Shown piece after piece: positions 23,766 through 35,200 of a stretch of 64,000 bases of DNA. Every line of letters begins with the position of its first letter. Positions within the stretch are counted from its first letter, which is position 1. The DNA comes from Nemertoderma westbladi (Eukaryota > Animalia > Xenacoelomorpha). A program made the position numbers and the translations under genes. The stretch lies in assembly GCA_032718475.1 (NCBI GenBank), contig JAUCBJ010003514.1, positions 1 to 64,000 on the forward strand, written 5' to 3'. Under the pieces are notes generated by a model. It ran no database searches. It had not been told where the DNA came from and worked only from the letters and a program-made list of their open reading frames with translations.

Positions 23766-24604
23766 GTCAATAAGACAATGAACCATAACCATATCATAAA
23801 AAGCATTCGGAAAATTAGTTACCAATCTCCTAATTGATGAATATGTACAAAAATTTGTAGGATATTTCTTTATTGAAGTCACTACTTAAAATTATTACTT
23901 AGATTAGATAGTAAGTAGTCTTACAAGAACACATTAAACTTATTGAAACTGTGAATTCAATCTACAAAAATGGAAATGAATTTGGTTAGTGTTATGTGTT
24001 CTTATCTGTAGTATATCACTCACTGTTATTGTATAGATATAGGCCTAGCCTAATTTGATAAGTGTATATTTTTCAACGCTTAGTTAAATATCACAGTTAA
24101 CGGGTGGTTTTAGATGAAACGAAATTACAATACTACAAAACTACACACATTTTCAACATTTGAATCCCGTAATTTATGCTTTTTCAATCGTGAATCCGAT
24201 TGAGGTTGATACAGTAGTAATATATCAAGCTTGTCCATCAGCTGTAAATTGTTTCACGGCTTCACAATTTCACGGACAATTGTCATTTATCATTGGAGAT
24301 TTTAATTTCCTTCTGGGCTAATTGCAATTTGTATATTGTTTTTGATCAGTGCAGCTACAATAGTCAGTTTCCCAACGCACAGAACGGCCACACATTGCAT
24401 TTGATATTAACTCATATGGAAGATCCGGAAAATAATTAGCAAGATTTATGTATCTGATATTGGGTCATCAAGTGTGATCATGTTGAAGTTTTATTTATAC
24501 CAAGTTTTACATAACCAACTATATCGAATCAATAACATACAGAAAGGTAATAAATGAAAAAAATGAAAATTTGAAAAATAAAAATAAAAATAAAAAATGT
24601 TGCA

Positions 24605-25200
24605 ATGGAACAATTTTTGAATAATTTGGGGAGTTCGACCTTATGCAAATCTACACCAACGGATGTTAACACATCGGTTGCTAACTACTGTATGACTCAA
24701 CTTTATCGAGAGTTTTGGATATTCATGCGCCACTTAAATAAATCATCGCCTGAAATCATTGAACTCAAAATTACATTATTAACATACAACTTAACTGCAA
24801 TCATCGAGTTAGTTCATGAATATCTATTGGCGCCTTAAATACCACCACGTCAGCTAAGATCGAGTGACGAGGGGGCTTCTGAATATCCCACGATATCGCC
24901 TAGAGACGTTCGGGAGACGTGCATTCTCGGTATCAGCTGTGGAACCCCGATATTTGGGCCACACAAATCAAAAATAGATACATATTTGTAACAGGTTGAA
25001 TTCGGACAGTAGGAAAATTAACTTGTTGTTTTAAATAGGCCTACGCATTATGATTGATTTTAATTGTTTTACCCTTTTCTTTTTCTCTAGGACACTTTTA
25101 GTCTGTTTTATTCTGTTTTTTTTTAATATAAAATGTTATGTTTTGGAGTCGAGTATGCTGAAATCCTTTACTTAGAAGGGCTCAATAAAAATATATTATT
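24605..25200 (+). mobile_element. Old, internally deleted L2-type LINE relic
   Basis: VLDIHAPLK-like linker, then PPRQLRSSD..LLNIPRYRLETFGRRAFSVSA (compare PPRQLRSADKGLL in the young LINE), ending in a (TTA)n tail. Confidence 0.7.
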
Positions 25201-25317
25201 ATTATTAATATATTATTATTATTAATTTATTATTATTAATATATTATTATTATTAATATATTATTATTATTAATATATTATTATTATTAATATAGTATTC
25301 TTATTATTATATTAGAA

Positions 25318-25504
25318 GGCGGGGTAGCTCAGTTGGTTGAGCGCCTGGCCTGCAATCTAATGGTTGTAGGTTCAGCCCCGCCAGGGTCCACTCAGCCTTT
25401 CATCCACTGGGGTCGATAAAATGAGTACCAGTTAAATAACTGGGAGCAAATCTTGGGGTAGGAGTAGCGCCCACCCCTACCCTCGGGTAGCTGCTATCGA
25501 AAGA
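25318..25504 (+). mobile_element. tRNA-derived SINE
   Basis: A box TAGCTCAGTTGG, B-box-like GGTTCAGCCCC, then the SINE body actcagcctttcatcc...gtcgataaaatgagtaccag. Confidence 0.8.
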
Positions 25505-25609
25505 TATAATATATTATTAATTATTAATATTATTTATATATTATTATTATTATTATTATTATCAATATATTATTATTATTATTATTATTATTAATATATT
25601 ATTATAATA

Positions 25610-26385
25610 GTAGATATCCGGCAAATACAGTCACAGACACCGACTTTGCGGATGACATCGCCCTGCTCTCTCTAATACGCTAGCAGATGCACTGCTTCTA
25701 CTAAATAAAGTGGAGGGGGCTGCTAAGGAGGTTGGATTGCATATAAATGCTACAAAGGCCGAATTCATGACCTTTAATGTTGATTGAAACTTGACAACCA
25801 TTGATAATTATCAACTAAGGAAGGTTGACGACTTCCAGTACCTTGGATCATGGATAGAGAGTAGCAAAAAGGACATAGAAGTTAGGAAAGCAAAGGAAAG
25901 GAAAGCAATACCATCTGGAAATCAGATCTCTCCAGGCACCTGAAGACTAAGTTCTTTCGAGCCACAGTGGAAAGTGTATTTTTATATGGGGGTGAGACCT
26001 GGACACTCACTAAATCACTTGAACAACGAATTGATGGTTGCTACTCAAGACTACTAAGGGCAGCCCTAAACATCAGCTGGAGGCAACACATGACAAACGC
26101 CGAGCTTTATGGTACAATACCACCTGTATCAACCACCCTCAGTGAACGCAGATTGAGATTCAGTGGGCACTGCTGGCGAAGTAAAGACGAGGTCATACCA
26201 GATCTACTTCTCTGGCAACCAACTCATGGAAAGCGTAGTCGTGGACGACCGGCCATTACATATAGATCAACTTGAAAGGGATACTGAACTTGGGAGAAAC
26301 GAAATTGCGACAACTATGGAGAATCGGGAAGCCTGGAAGGATCTCATTTCCACTGTCCGAGTTCGCTCGACCTAGTAGTAGTAGT
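25610..26385 (+). mobile_element. 5'-truncated RTE-clade LINE 3' end with (TAG)n tail
   Basis: DTDFADDIALL, FQYLGSWI, ESVFLYGGETWTL, RRLRFSGHCWR, PTHGKRSRGRP; ends tagtagtagtagta. Confidence 0.9.
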
Positions 26386-26794
26386 ATTAATATATTATTA
26401 TTATTATTATTAATATAATATTATTATTATTAATAATACTATATTATTATTATTATTAATATATTATTATTATTATAGAATATTATATTATAATTAATAT
26501 ATTATTATTATTATTATTATTATTAATATCTTATTATTATAGAATATTATATTATAATGAATATATTATTATTATTATTATTATTATTAATATATTATTA
26601 TTAATATATTATTATTATTAATAAATTATTATTATTATTATTATTAATATATTATTATTATTATTAATAATATATTATTATTATTATTATTAATATATTA
26701 TTATTATTATTATTAATATAATATTAATAATATTAAATATAATATTATTATAAATAATATATAATTATTATTAAGTTACGCAGTTTACCAATTT

Positions 26795-27018
26795 GTTTCC
26801 AATTACGCAGTTGAACGGTTGGTCTGGACATACGAAGTGGCGTCAGCGTTGATTAACGCAATGTCGAACGACGCCACCCGTTGATTGGCCCAGACCCCCC
26901 GAGCAACCAGGTCTGCCCGTACGCCCCCCACCTCACGGCCCTCCCGATCCAAGTACCCCCTGGAGAGAGTCACTTCCCGCTCAACGCTGGAAAGACCAAC
27001 CACAGAGGCTATCAGCTC
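26795..27018 (-). mobile_element. Fragment resembling the restriction-like endonuclease of CRE-type non-LTR retrotransposons
   Basis: RADLVARGVWANQRVASFDIALINADATSY resembles the R-x-D...RG-x-W...FD...DA-x-SY motif. Confidence 0.55.
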
Positions 27019-27583
27019 GATATATTATTATTATTAATATACTATTTTTATTATTATTAATATATTATTATTATTATTATTAATATATTATTATTATTAT
27101 TATTAATATATTATTATTATTATTATTAATATATTATTATTATTATTCTTAATATATTATTATTATTATTATTAATATATTATTATTATTATTATTAATA
27201 TATTATTATTATTATTATTAATATATTATTATTATTATTATTAATATATTATTATTATTATTATTAATATATTATTATTATTATTATTAATATATTATTA
27301 TTATTATTATTAATATATTATTATTATTATTATTAATATATTATTATTATTATTATTATTGTTATTTAATATATTATTAGTATTATTAATAATATTAACT
27401 AATACAAATTATTTTTATGATACATTGATAGATTAACTAGGAGTGACTGCATTCATTAGATTAATTTTATATACACGTAATTCCTACTTTAGGTGGTTAA
27501 TTGATAAAAAGACTTCAAAGAATTCTATAATACGAAATAAATACAGTATATTATAATTATACATATTACTATGTAATTAGCAG

Positions 27584-27833
27584 GTGGTTTTCTTCTCTCT
27601 GGTAATTTGTTGTTGTTTCTTGGTTGTCTGCAACGCATGCACACCAAAGGCGATTGGCACATCGGGTTGCAGGGCTCAAAACACCTACTGTGACCATGGT
27701 GCATGTCTTACGGATAAGTTTGAGCCCACAACGCCATTCTCATCCGGGAGGCGTCGGAGACAGGGTGCTACCGCGTACTGTCTATGTGGATCTAAACTCG
27801 GTGACCAGGAATACGATGGAAGCACTGGATGCG
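27584..27833 (+). CDS. Exon A of a secreted Cys-rich protein gene (signal peptide plus EGF-like module with RRRR loop), phase 0/1
   Basis: Acceptor tag/cag (NAGNAG) at 27578-27583, donor G|gtgagt at 27834. Encodes VVFFSLVICCCFLVVCNA-CTPK...YCDHGAC...YCLC...STGC. Confidence 0.85.
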
Positions 27834-28029
27834 GTGAGTCTATTTATTATAGAAATTAAATTAACCTGTTTCTAAGTCTACAGATAAGACAGTAGGTGTT
27901 GCACACAATCTACCTTAAAGGTAACTGACAATAGAGTGGAAACTTTAGTTTGCCTCCGGTATTTTGTGATCCACATTAATAAACTAACATTTTACTTTAC
28001 GATTATGATTGCAGATTATGCATTTAAAC

Positions 28030-28215
28030 CTTCCACTCTGTCTCCCAAGTACATTGGTTATCCTTTATCCACCAGTCAGGGATGAAAAATGGGTTGTTTT
28101 TAGGCTGCACCATTTAAAGCACTGTGTCCAAATATAGCTGCCCCATATAGGGATCGAACCAGGACCAGGGCATCCGGATTGGAAGCCCAGGAATGTCACA
28201 GACCAAGATGCTGCT
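28030..28215 (-). mobile_element. Decayed tRNA-derived SINE (paralog at ~63820-64000)
   Basis: Minus-strand B box GGTTCGATCCC, with a body tttcatccctgactggtggataaa similar to the SINE at 25318. Confidence 0.55.
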
Positions 28216-29079
28216 GGTCTAGTGGTGTTCTTACAATTTAGAGTTATGAAAACAACATAACGGAGCAGTCTCCTATTAATTTATTTACGCGGTTGAAGTA
28301 CAAATCCGCGTAAATACTTTAATGGAAGTCATGAAATTAAAGTTTTTCGTATGGCCGATGTGGGCCACAGTAATATTTGTGCATGTGTAAGGAAGTAATT
28401 GGTCAGTAATGGTAATAATGGCCTGTTCCAGATCAGTTTGACTAGAACAGATTGTTATAAATATACAGATTACCTTTAGTACTTTATTTTTTTTTTCTGA
28501 CTATATCTTAGTTAGTTTATATGGCGTCTACTGTACAATTTCAATATTTTTGCATTGTTTTGTTTAGAGGAATCACACCAATAAAAGAGTGTCGGGATTA
28601 GATATGTATTAATATATGGTAAAGTAGATAACATTGTCGATCAGAAAAATAAGAATTAAATTAATTAGTAGGCCTCCTGATTATTTTAAAATTTGTTAGA
28701 TTAACGCACTGTCTGCTAATTTTTTTTATATTACATTCTCCCAAAAAAGCTGAACAATTTTTTAATTTTTCATACATTTTTGTAATGATGTTATGTTTTG
28801 ATTTTCAGGAACAAATCCTAAAAGATATGCGAGCTGTATATAAATTTCAACGTTTGTTGGAGCAGATTGAAAGCGAAATAACTTGTGATGATTTCAAATA
28901 ATCTACAGCCATTTCATTAAAATTTTATAATTTTAATTATAACTATACTATGTAATTATAACTTTAAACACATTCCAGTAGCACATGTGTAACAAATAAT
29001 TAAAAATGTTTTCAACAAATTTCTTTATATAATATAATCTAAGACTGATGTTTAAAGGAATAATACTATTTACTTTCAG

Positions 29080-29197
29080 TTTCCTGCACTCATGATCAGC
29101 AATGTAATCTCGCAGACACCACCTGCGAGAACGGTGAATGCGTTTGTACTGGTGGAAAGATCGGATCCCTTGACCTGGGTTCCTCAGACAACTCTCA
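29080..29197 (+). CDS. Exon B of the Cys-rich gene (EB/EGF-like module), phase 1/2
   Basis: Acceptor tactttcag|, donor CA|gtaagt. In frame with exon A: V-SCTHDQQCNLADTTCENGECVCTGGKIGSLDLGSSDNS. Confidence 0.85.
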
Positions 29198-29871
29198 GTA
29201 AGTTTGCCTCTAAGTTTCGATAGGGGTAACGTAATATTGATAGAACATGGTGGGTTGTTAAAGATTTAAGTTGTGTTTTTGGCTATCTATCTCACACAAG
29301 AAGTAAGTGTTACAATATTCTTCAGGCACTATGCATTTTTCATTCATTTTATGAAAATTAAGTATAGCAGCACCGTAGACAGACAGCGGAAAACCAGCTA
29401 TGCAGGCCTGTCCTGTTATTTTTTTAATTTAATTTATAGGGCCAGAGGGTTAGGGTAATTATACCTTGCACTTTCCACTTTCATAAATAATAGGCCTAAT
29501 CGCTCGTTTCTGTCAGATGTAATTAGCATATATTGTAAAGTATTCTTCAAAGATAATAATGTGTTTTTGAATAGTTTAATTTTCACAGCCCATTTACATA
29601 GGTTCAAATTATTTACTAATTATTCACTATTACTGAAGTTACATAATTTTACTTACTTGCATGTTAGCCACAGGTTCAGATAGGGAACTGATACTGTAGG
29701 CCTACAGTAGTAATGGGAACCATCAAACATAATTGACGATTTTTTAAATACCGTTTTATGATAGAATTACTCAATTTTAATTTTTGTTTAATAATAATGA
29801 TGCACTAACTTTATTGGTAATAGATAATATTTGGTAATAATACAGAATAAACAAAGAATTAATACCCTTAA

Positions 29872-31557
29872 CCCTTCCATGCATGAATTAATTTTTTTTT
29901 CAAATTTTTTTAGAAAAAACAATTTTCTGGTATATTTTTACGTGCAAATTCAGAAACAATATCAAAAGTTAAAAAAATGGTCAGTTTCTGAGCTATGGTG
30001 CGTTTTGTCTGCGTGCAACATATGGCACGATATGCATTAAAGGTAACAAAATGTTTAAACTATTTAGTGCATGATGGGCCATATGGCACAACACATAACA
30101 CATAACACGACTACCACAAAGTAGAAGAAAAATTTGCTTTTAATTTTCTTACAATTTCCTTTTTTATAATTACATAGATAATTACACACAAATTAGTTTG
30201 TGTGAAATTTCCTGAAACAATTTTGATCTTTATTAAAACATAAGGCAGTTTGGCATTTTTCACAACTAACGAATGTCCTTTTATTACAGTTTGAAAGTTT
30301 ACACCTCCGTTGCAAAAATACCATTTCTTTGTCTTCATCCTTATTCGGTTTCGACCTAGGAAACTATTATGCAGGTCTACTCCTCCAATAAACCGATTGT
30401 ACTCACGGATTGCAGCAGGCTGCGATACTTCTCTATATTCCCCAGCACTTCTGAAATATCTTCTACATGTTCCAATAGGCATTTCCCCAACATAACTCGA
30501 TGCCACATGTACTGCTTTATCGTGACAACAGGCGAAAACAAGCGAAAACAGTTGGAATTTAGGGAAAACAGTCGAAAACAGTTAGATTGTTTAAAAATAA
30601 TCATCCATGCATCCAGGTGAAAATAGATATTGAAGTTAACTAGGTGTAATAATAGATTTAAAATTTAGTGTCATTTACAATGTCGCTGACAAGATGACGT
30701 ACCCATGTACATTAACACTGCTCATATCAGTGCCCGTACTGCCGTACCGGTACCTGTTGTAGTTACTGTGCCCGTACCGGTTGGGAAGAACCGTATTGAA
30801 ATTATTATTATTGCAGAGATGCACTTTATTGATTGTTATACAGTAGTAGTAGCTAGTACTGAAGGCCTAAGTCTGAACTCCGTGTCTGTAAGAACGATAC
30901 TAGGTACGTAAAATACATAGCACATAGGCCTATTTCGTTTTCAGCATTAAATAATTTTGTTTGTTCTGATAATGGCAAAACCGCTGAAAGTGAAGATACC
31001 GGAACTTCGTACTTCAACTTCTTCTATCGGTGCCGGTACGGGTTCTGGTACAATAGACTCACTGAATACTCTACTCTGTAGGCTTACTGCCGTACTGGAG
31101 TAATCCATAATCATGCAATAGGAAATCAGTGTTATTGTACATGGGTTATGGGTAGAACTTCATCTTAAGTTAGCGACATTATAAATGCCACTACATTTTT
31201 AATCTATTATTACACCTTGTTAACCTCAATATCTATTTTCACCTGGATGTATGGATGATTATTTTTAAACGATCTAACTGTTTTCCCTACATTCCAAATG
31301 TTTTCGCTCGTTTTCGCCTGTTTTCGACTGTTGTCACAATCTAGTACTATCCTGAAATTATCAATTTTAGACCTGGCCCGTTCTAAAGCATTATAAAAAT
31401 AATTCACACACCATCTCGTGTACAGGTTGTGTTTCAACTGCAAGAATATAGAATTCAAGACATGTCCACCAAAGATTAGGATATTGTGAGCAGGTTTTCA
31501 TTCTGTAGAATTAAAAAGAATAGGTGTTCCATATATAGCACAGCATGCATGGAAGGG
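29872..31557 (-). mobile_element. Internally deleted piggyBac transposon with a transposase remnant (~30310-30500)
   Basis: TIRs CCCTTCCATGCATG / CATGCATGGAAGGG, with TTAA on the left (right flank ttttaa). Remnant reads PAAIREYNRFIGGVDLHNS...KKWYF. Confidence 0.9.
30520..31340. mobile_element. MITE/foldback with ~170-bp inverted repeats nested in the piggyBac
   Basis: 30520-30690 is the reverse complement of 31170-31340 (e.g. catccaggtgaaaatagatattga / tcaatatctattttcacctggatg). Confidence 0.85.
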
Positions 31558-31659
31558 TTTTAATAGTACACAAAATTCACCCAAGTAATTAAATCAGGTT
31601 CGCGGAACAGAAAATAATTCTTAATACGGCAAATATAAATAACTAAATAATGAGGGCGA

Positions 31660-32241
31660 AATATCCAAGTAATTAAATCAGATTAAATAATTAAATAATA
31701 CACAAAAATATCCATGTAATTAAATCAGATTAAATAACTAAATAATACACAAAAATATCCATGTAATTAAATCAGATTAAATAACTAAATAATACACAAA
31801 AATATCCATGTAATTAAATCAGATTAAATAACTAAATAATACACAAATAATATCCATGTAATTAAATCAGATTAAATAACTAAATAATACACAAAAATAT
31901 CCATGTAATTAAATCAGATTAAATAACTAAATAATACACTAAAATATCCATGTAATTAAATCAGATTAAATAACTAAATAATACACTAAAATATCCATGT
32001 AATTAAATCAGATTAAATAACTAAATAATACACTAAAATATCCATGTAATTAAATCAGATTAAATAACTAAATAATACACAAAAATATCCATGTAATTAA
32101 ATCAGATTAAATAACTAAATAATACACTAAAATATCCATGTAATTAAATCAGATTAAATAATTAAATAATACACAAAAATATCCATGTAATTAAATCAGA
32201 TTAAATGACTAAATAATACACAAAAATAGCTATGTAATTAA
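31660..32241. repeat. 47-bp AT-rich tandem repeat (~12 copies)
   Basis: aatatccatgtaattaaatcagattaaataactaaataatacac..., period 47 (tcc at 31711 and 31758). Confidence 0.95.
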
Positions 32242-35200
32242 TGTGACGGAATCAGAGATCCCGACCGGGTAGGTTGTTTCGTACGCGTCACCGCATGCTG
32301 GGGTGGTGCCACTGATTGCTTGGCCGAGGTCGTTGGAGAAAAGCGTTCAGAGTTAACGTTGTTCCTTGGCGGTCTAATATAATAGCGATAGCACAGTTAA
32401 TATGATGTTAATATGATAGCGGATGACAATATTGCTTGGTCCCGGTAATAGAATAAAATACAGCCAATGTTGTTGACGGTGACGATGACGGTAAAACAAT
32501 ATTACCCGTCTGCACTGAAACTGGGTAACTAACTAAACTGAATTACAAACCGGTAGCAGGAGATAATATATGATTGATATACCAATATTACTTCACTCCT
32601 ACGCTACCTTGGCCTGCTACCTAATGGATGCTCTCCTTTGCCCTTATTGGCTAATAACCTACTTCTCACCCTTTCACTCTCTGGGAGTGTTTCCCCCCTG
32701 CTGCTAGCCTCTACTAGCTGTGTCCCCTCCGAGGTGGTTTGACCTCTAACCTTCCTTTGTGTGTGGCTTCGGGGCTTGTGTTGCCCCCCCCCCCCCAAAT
32801 GTTGGTTGTGATACGAGATTGATATTGCTAATCTCGTATCTCCAACATATTGCTGAAAATGCCACTGGTCCCATTTTTGGGTGGGTAATGTAAGGAAATT
32901 GAATCCGCTTACACCCCCCCCCCCCCCCCCCCATGCTATCTACCCGGTGAGAAGATAGCATCAACCTTAAGTGCGCTTCAATTCCGCTGGAACCCAATCT
33001 AATATTGGATGTGGGGTGGAGTTCTTTTCTCGGGGCCGGCTTTCCAGACCCCCCCCCCCCCCTGGGTGTGTTATTACTACCCATCCTTGGTGCAATCGCG
33101 AGCTATGTTGCACCAAGGTATCTGGTGTCTCTGTTTGAGACTATTGTGCTCACTCTCCACACAATTTTCTTTACCCTTACTCAAAACTCTCTCATGGACC
33201 TTGTTGTCCCTTATACTCTCTCCGGTCCCTTGGGACTCTTCCTCTTTCACTGCTCACTCCCCACACTTGAATTGCACTTCTTTCACTTCCTCACGATGTC
33301 AACACCTCCTCTCCTCATACTTCCCCCGATTCCCCATTTTCGTTTTCATTCTCCATACACTTATTGGGTCCCACACATGTGCGCATCATGTCAGTGGGAT
33401 CCGTCTAAGTCTCGTCCTGCTGTTCTAGTCAATTAGTCCCCAGTCCCAGTAGCTAATTGGAAAAAGTTGTACTTGACTACGGTATATGTTATATAATATA
33501 CATGTGAGTTATACATAATAATTAATTATCATAATTATATATTATATACATTATATTATACGCTTGTCTATATGACGCGTCTTGACCCCCCCTCTCGGAG
33601 GTGATATGACCCTTCACTCGTGGTCCCGTCCGTTTCATGCTCTCTCCGCCTTTCTCTTCCTTACTAACCTCTCTGCTATCACGAACTTTCCGGGGCTCAC
33701 CCAATTCGTGGGGCCTTACAAAGGCTCAATTTAAGTGAGTGCCATTAAACAAGATGTTACAAGTTTCGTTCAGTAATGGCCTTCCTCCTACCTTGTTCTT
33801 TCCTTCGTGCCAATATTCCCCTAAATTTATTTTATTCTTATCTATGTTCCCCCCTGCCTGTGCTATTATCCTATCTACCTCCTCAATTGGCGCCCTCAGT
33901 GCCCACAACTTCTAACTTCTATGGTACTATGTACCCTACTACTGCTACTATGGTATGCCTACATACCCTTTACTTTCTTACTACGTGGCGCTCTCGGTGC
34001 CCACAACTTCTACGGTACTATGTACCCTACTACTGCTTCTATGGTATACCTACATACCATACCCTTTACTCTCTTACTACGTGGCGCTCTCGGTGCCCAC
34101 AACCTCTACGGTACTATGTACCCTACTACTGCTACTATAGTATACCTACATACCAAGCCCTTTACTCTCTTACTACGTGGCGCTCTTGGTGCCCACAAGT
34201 TCTATAGTACTATGTACCCTACTACTGCTACTATGGTATACCTACATACCATACCCTTTACTCTCTTACTACGTGGTGCTCTCGGTGCCCACAAGTTCTA
34301 TAGTACTATGTACCCTACGACTATTACTTTCTACTATCTTACTACTTGTTTCATTGTTTGCTTGTTTTATTTTTTTTTATATTTTTTTATGTGTGGGAAG
34401 GGCGTCTCGCCCTCATTCCCACCCCCTCAGTCCAACATATTGGACAACTCAACAACCTAAGGGCGATTCTTCCAGCAGGCCATTCTCCCACTGCCCCCCT
34501 ATAGGTCCTCTTAATCTTCGCCCCACTCTTCTTGTCAATTCCAACTCTTTTGGAATTGACCTTCCCTTCTCCTTCACCCTTAAGTCAGGTCTTTCCGTCA
34601 TGTCACTGATCTCCTCGTGATCGTCCCCTGGCGGTAAAGTGCCACCCTTCATCTTGTCGTTATTTGGCGGTAGAATGCCGCCCCTCATGTCATCCTTACT
34701 GGTACATGCCACCTCTGCTGGCCCCCCCATTAATATGTGTGCTGGCATTAAAGCCCCCGATGACCCCCAGTCATCCTTCGGTATGCATAATGGCTTACCA
34801 TTTAATGCCCCCTCGCACTCTGCCAGCCCCTTGTGCGTGTACAAAACGCCCTCTCCAACATTCCTGTCTCCTTTGTCACGTTTCATCATGGGCTTCTCTG
34901 CCCCTGGACTAATCTTCCCAAATTCTCTCCCTTTCCACCTTGTCTTCTTATTCGAAGACCTCCCCACCGGTATGCCTCTCAACTGGACTGGCGTCTGTTC
35001 CGGACACCTCTCCGGACATCTCGCCGTCCGCGCTTCTCCATCCCCATACCGATACTCCCCATTCTCGTCCGCCCACTCTCTTGTTGTTGTTTCTCTTCCT
35101 GACTCATCTGTCGGCGGTATTTATACCCTTTCACCGCGCTCCACCATGCGTGGTTCCAGATCCATACCCATCCCCGACTCCTGGTTTTCTTCCTCGGCCT

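Larger units (their letters stand above)
25195..27400. repeat. Interrupted (TTA)n/(TATTATTAATA)n AT-rich microsatellite field
   Basis: Long tattattattaata runs at 25195-25315, 25505-25610, 26385-26775 and 27020-27400. Confidence 0.95.
20046..28207 (+). repeat. Copy 1 of a segmental/tandem gene duplication (paralogous to 51806-64000)
   Basis: Near-identical collinear sequence from tttaaaag.caagtttttgtagagc onward, through the minisatellite, L2 relic, Cys-rich exon and downstream SINE, with copy-specific indels. Confidence 0.95.

Noticed and set aside
25318-25390. Possible tRNA gene
   Set aside because: No complete cloverleaf or acceptor stem, degenerate B box, and it continues into a SINE body.
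27834-27859. Single-exon 91/94-aa protein as given in the ORF track
   Set aside because: It begins at a splice acceptor (GTG, not ATG) and runs through a consensus gtgagt donor; the ESIYYRN tail is intronic.
33005-34620. Hydrophobic plus-strand ORFs as a possible env or accessory gene
   Set aside because: They are antisense to the element and derive from pyrimidine-rich sequence and the 96-bp repeat; no envelope features.
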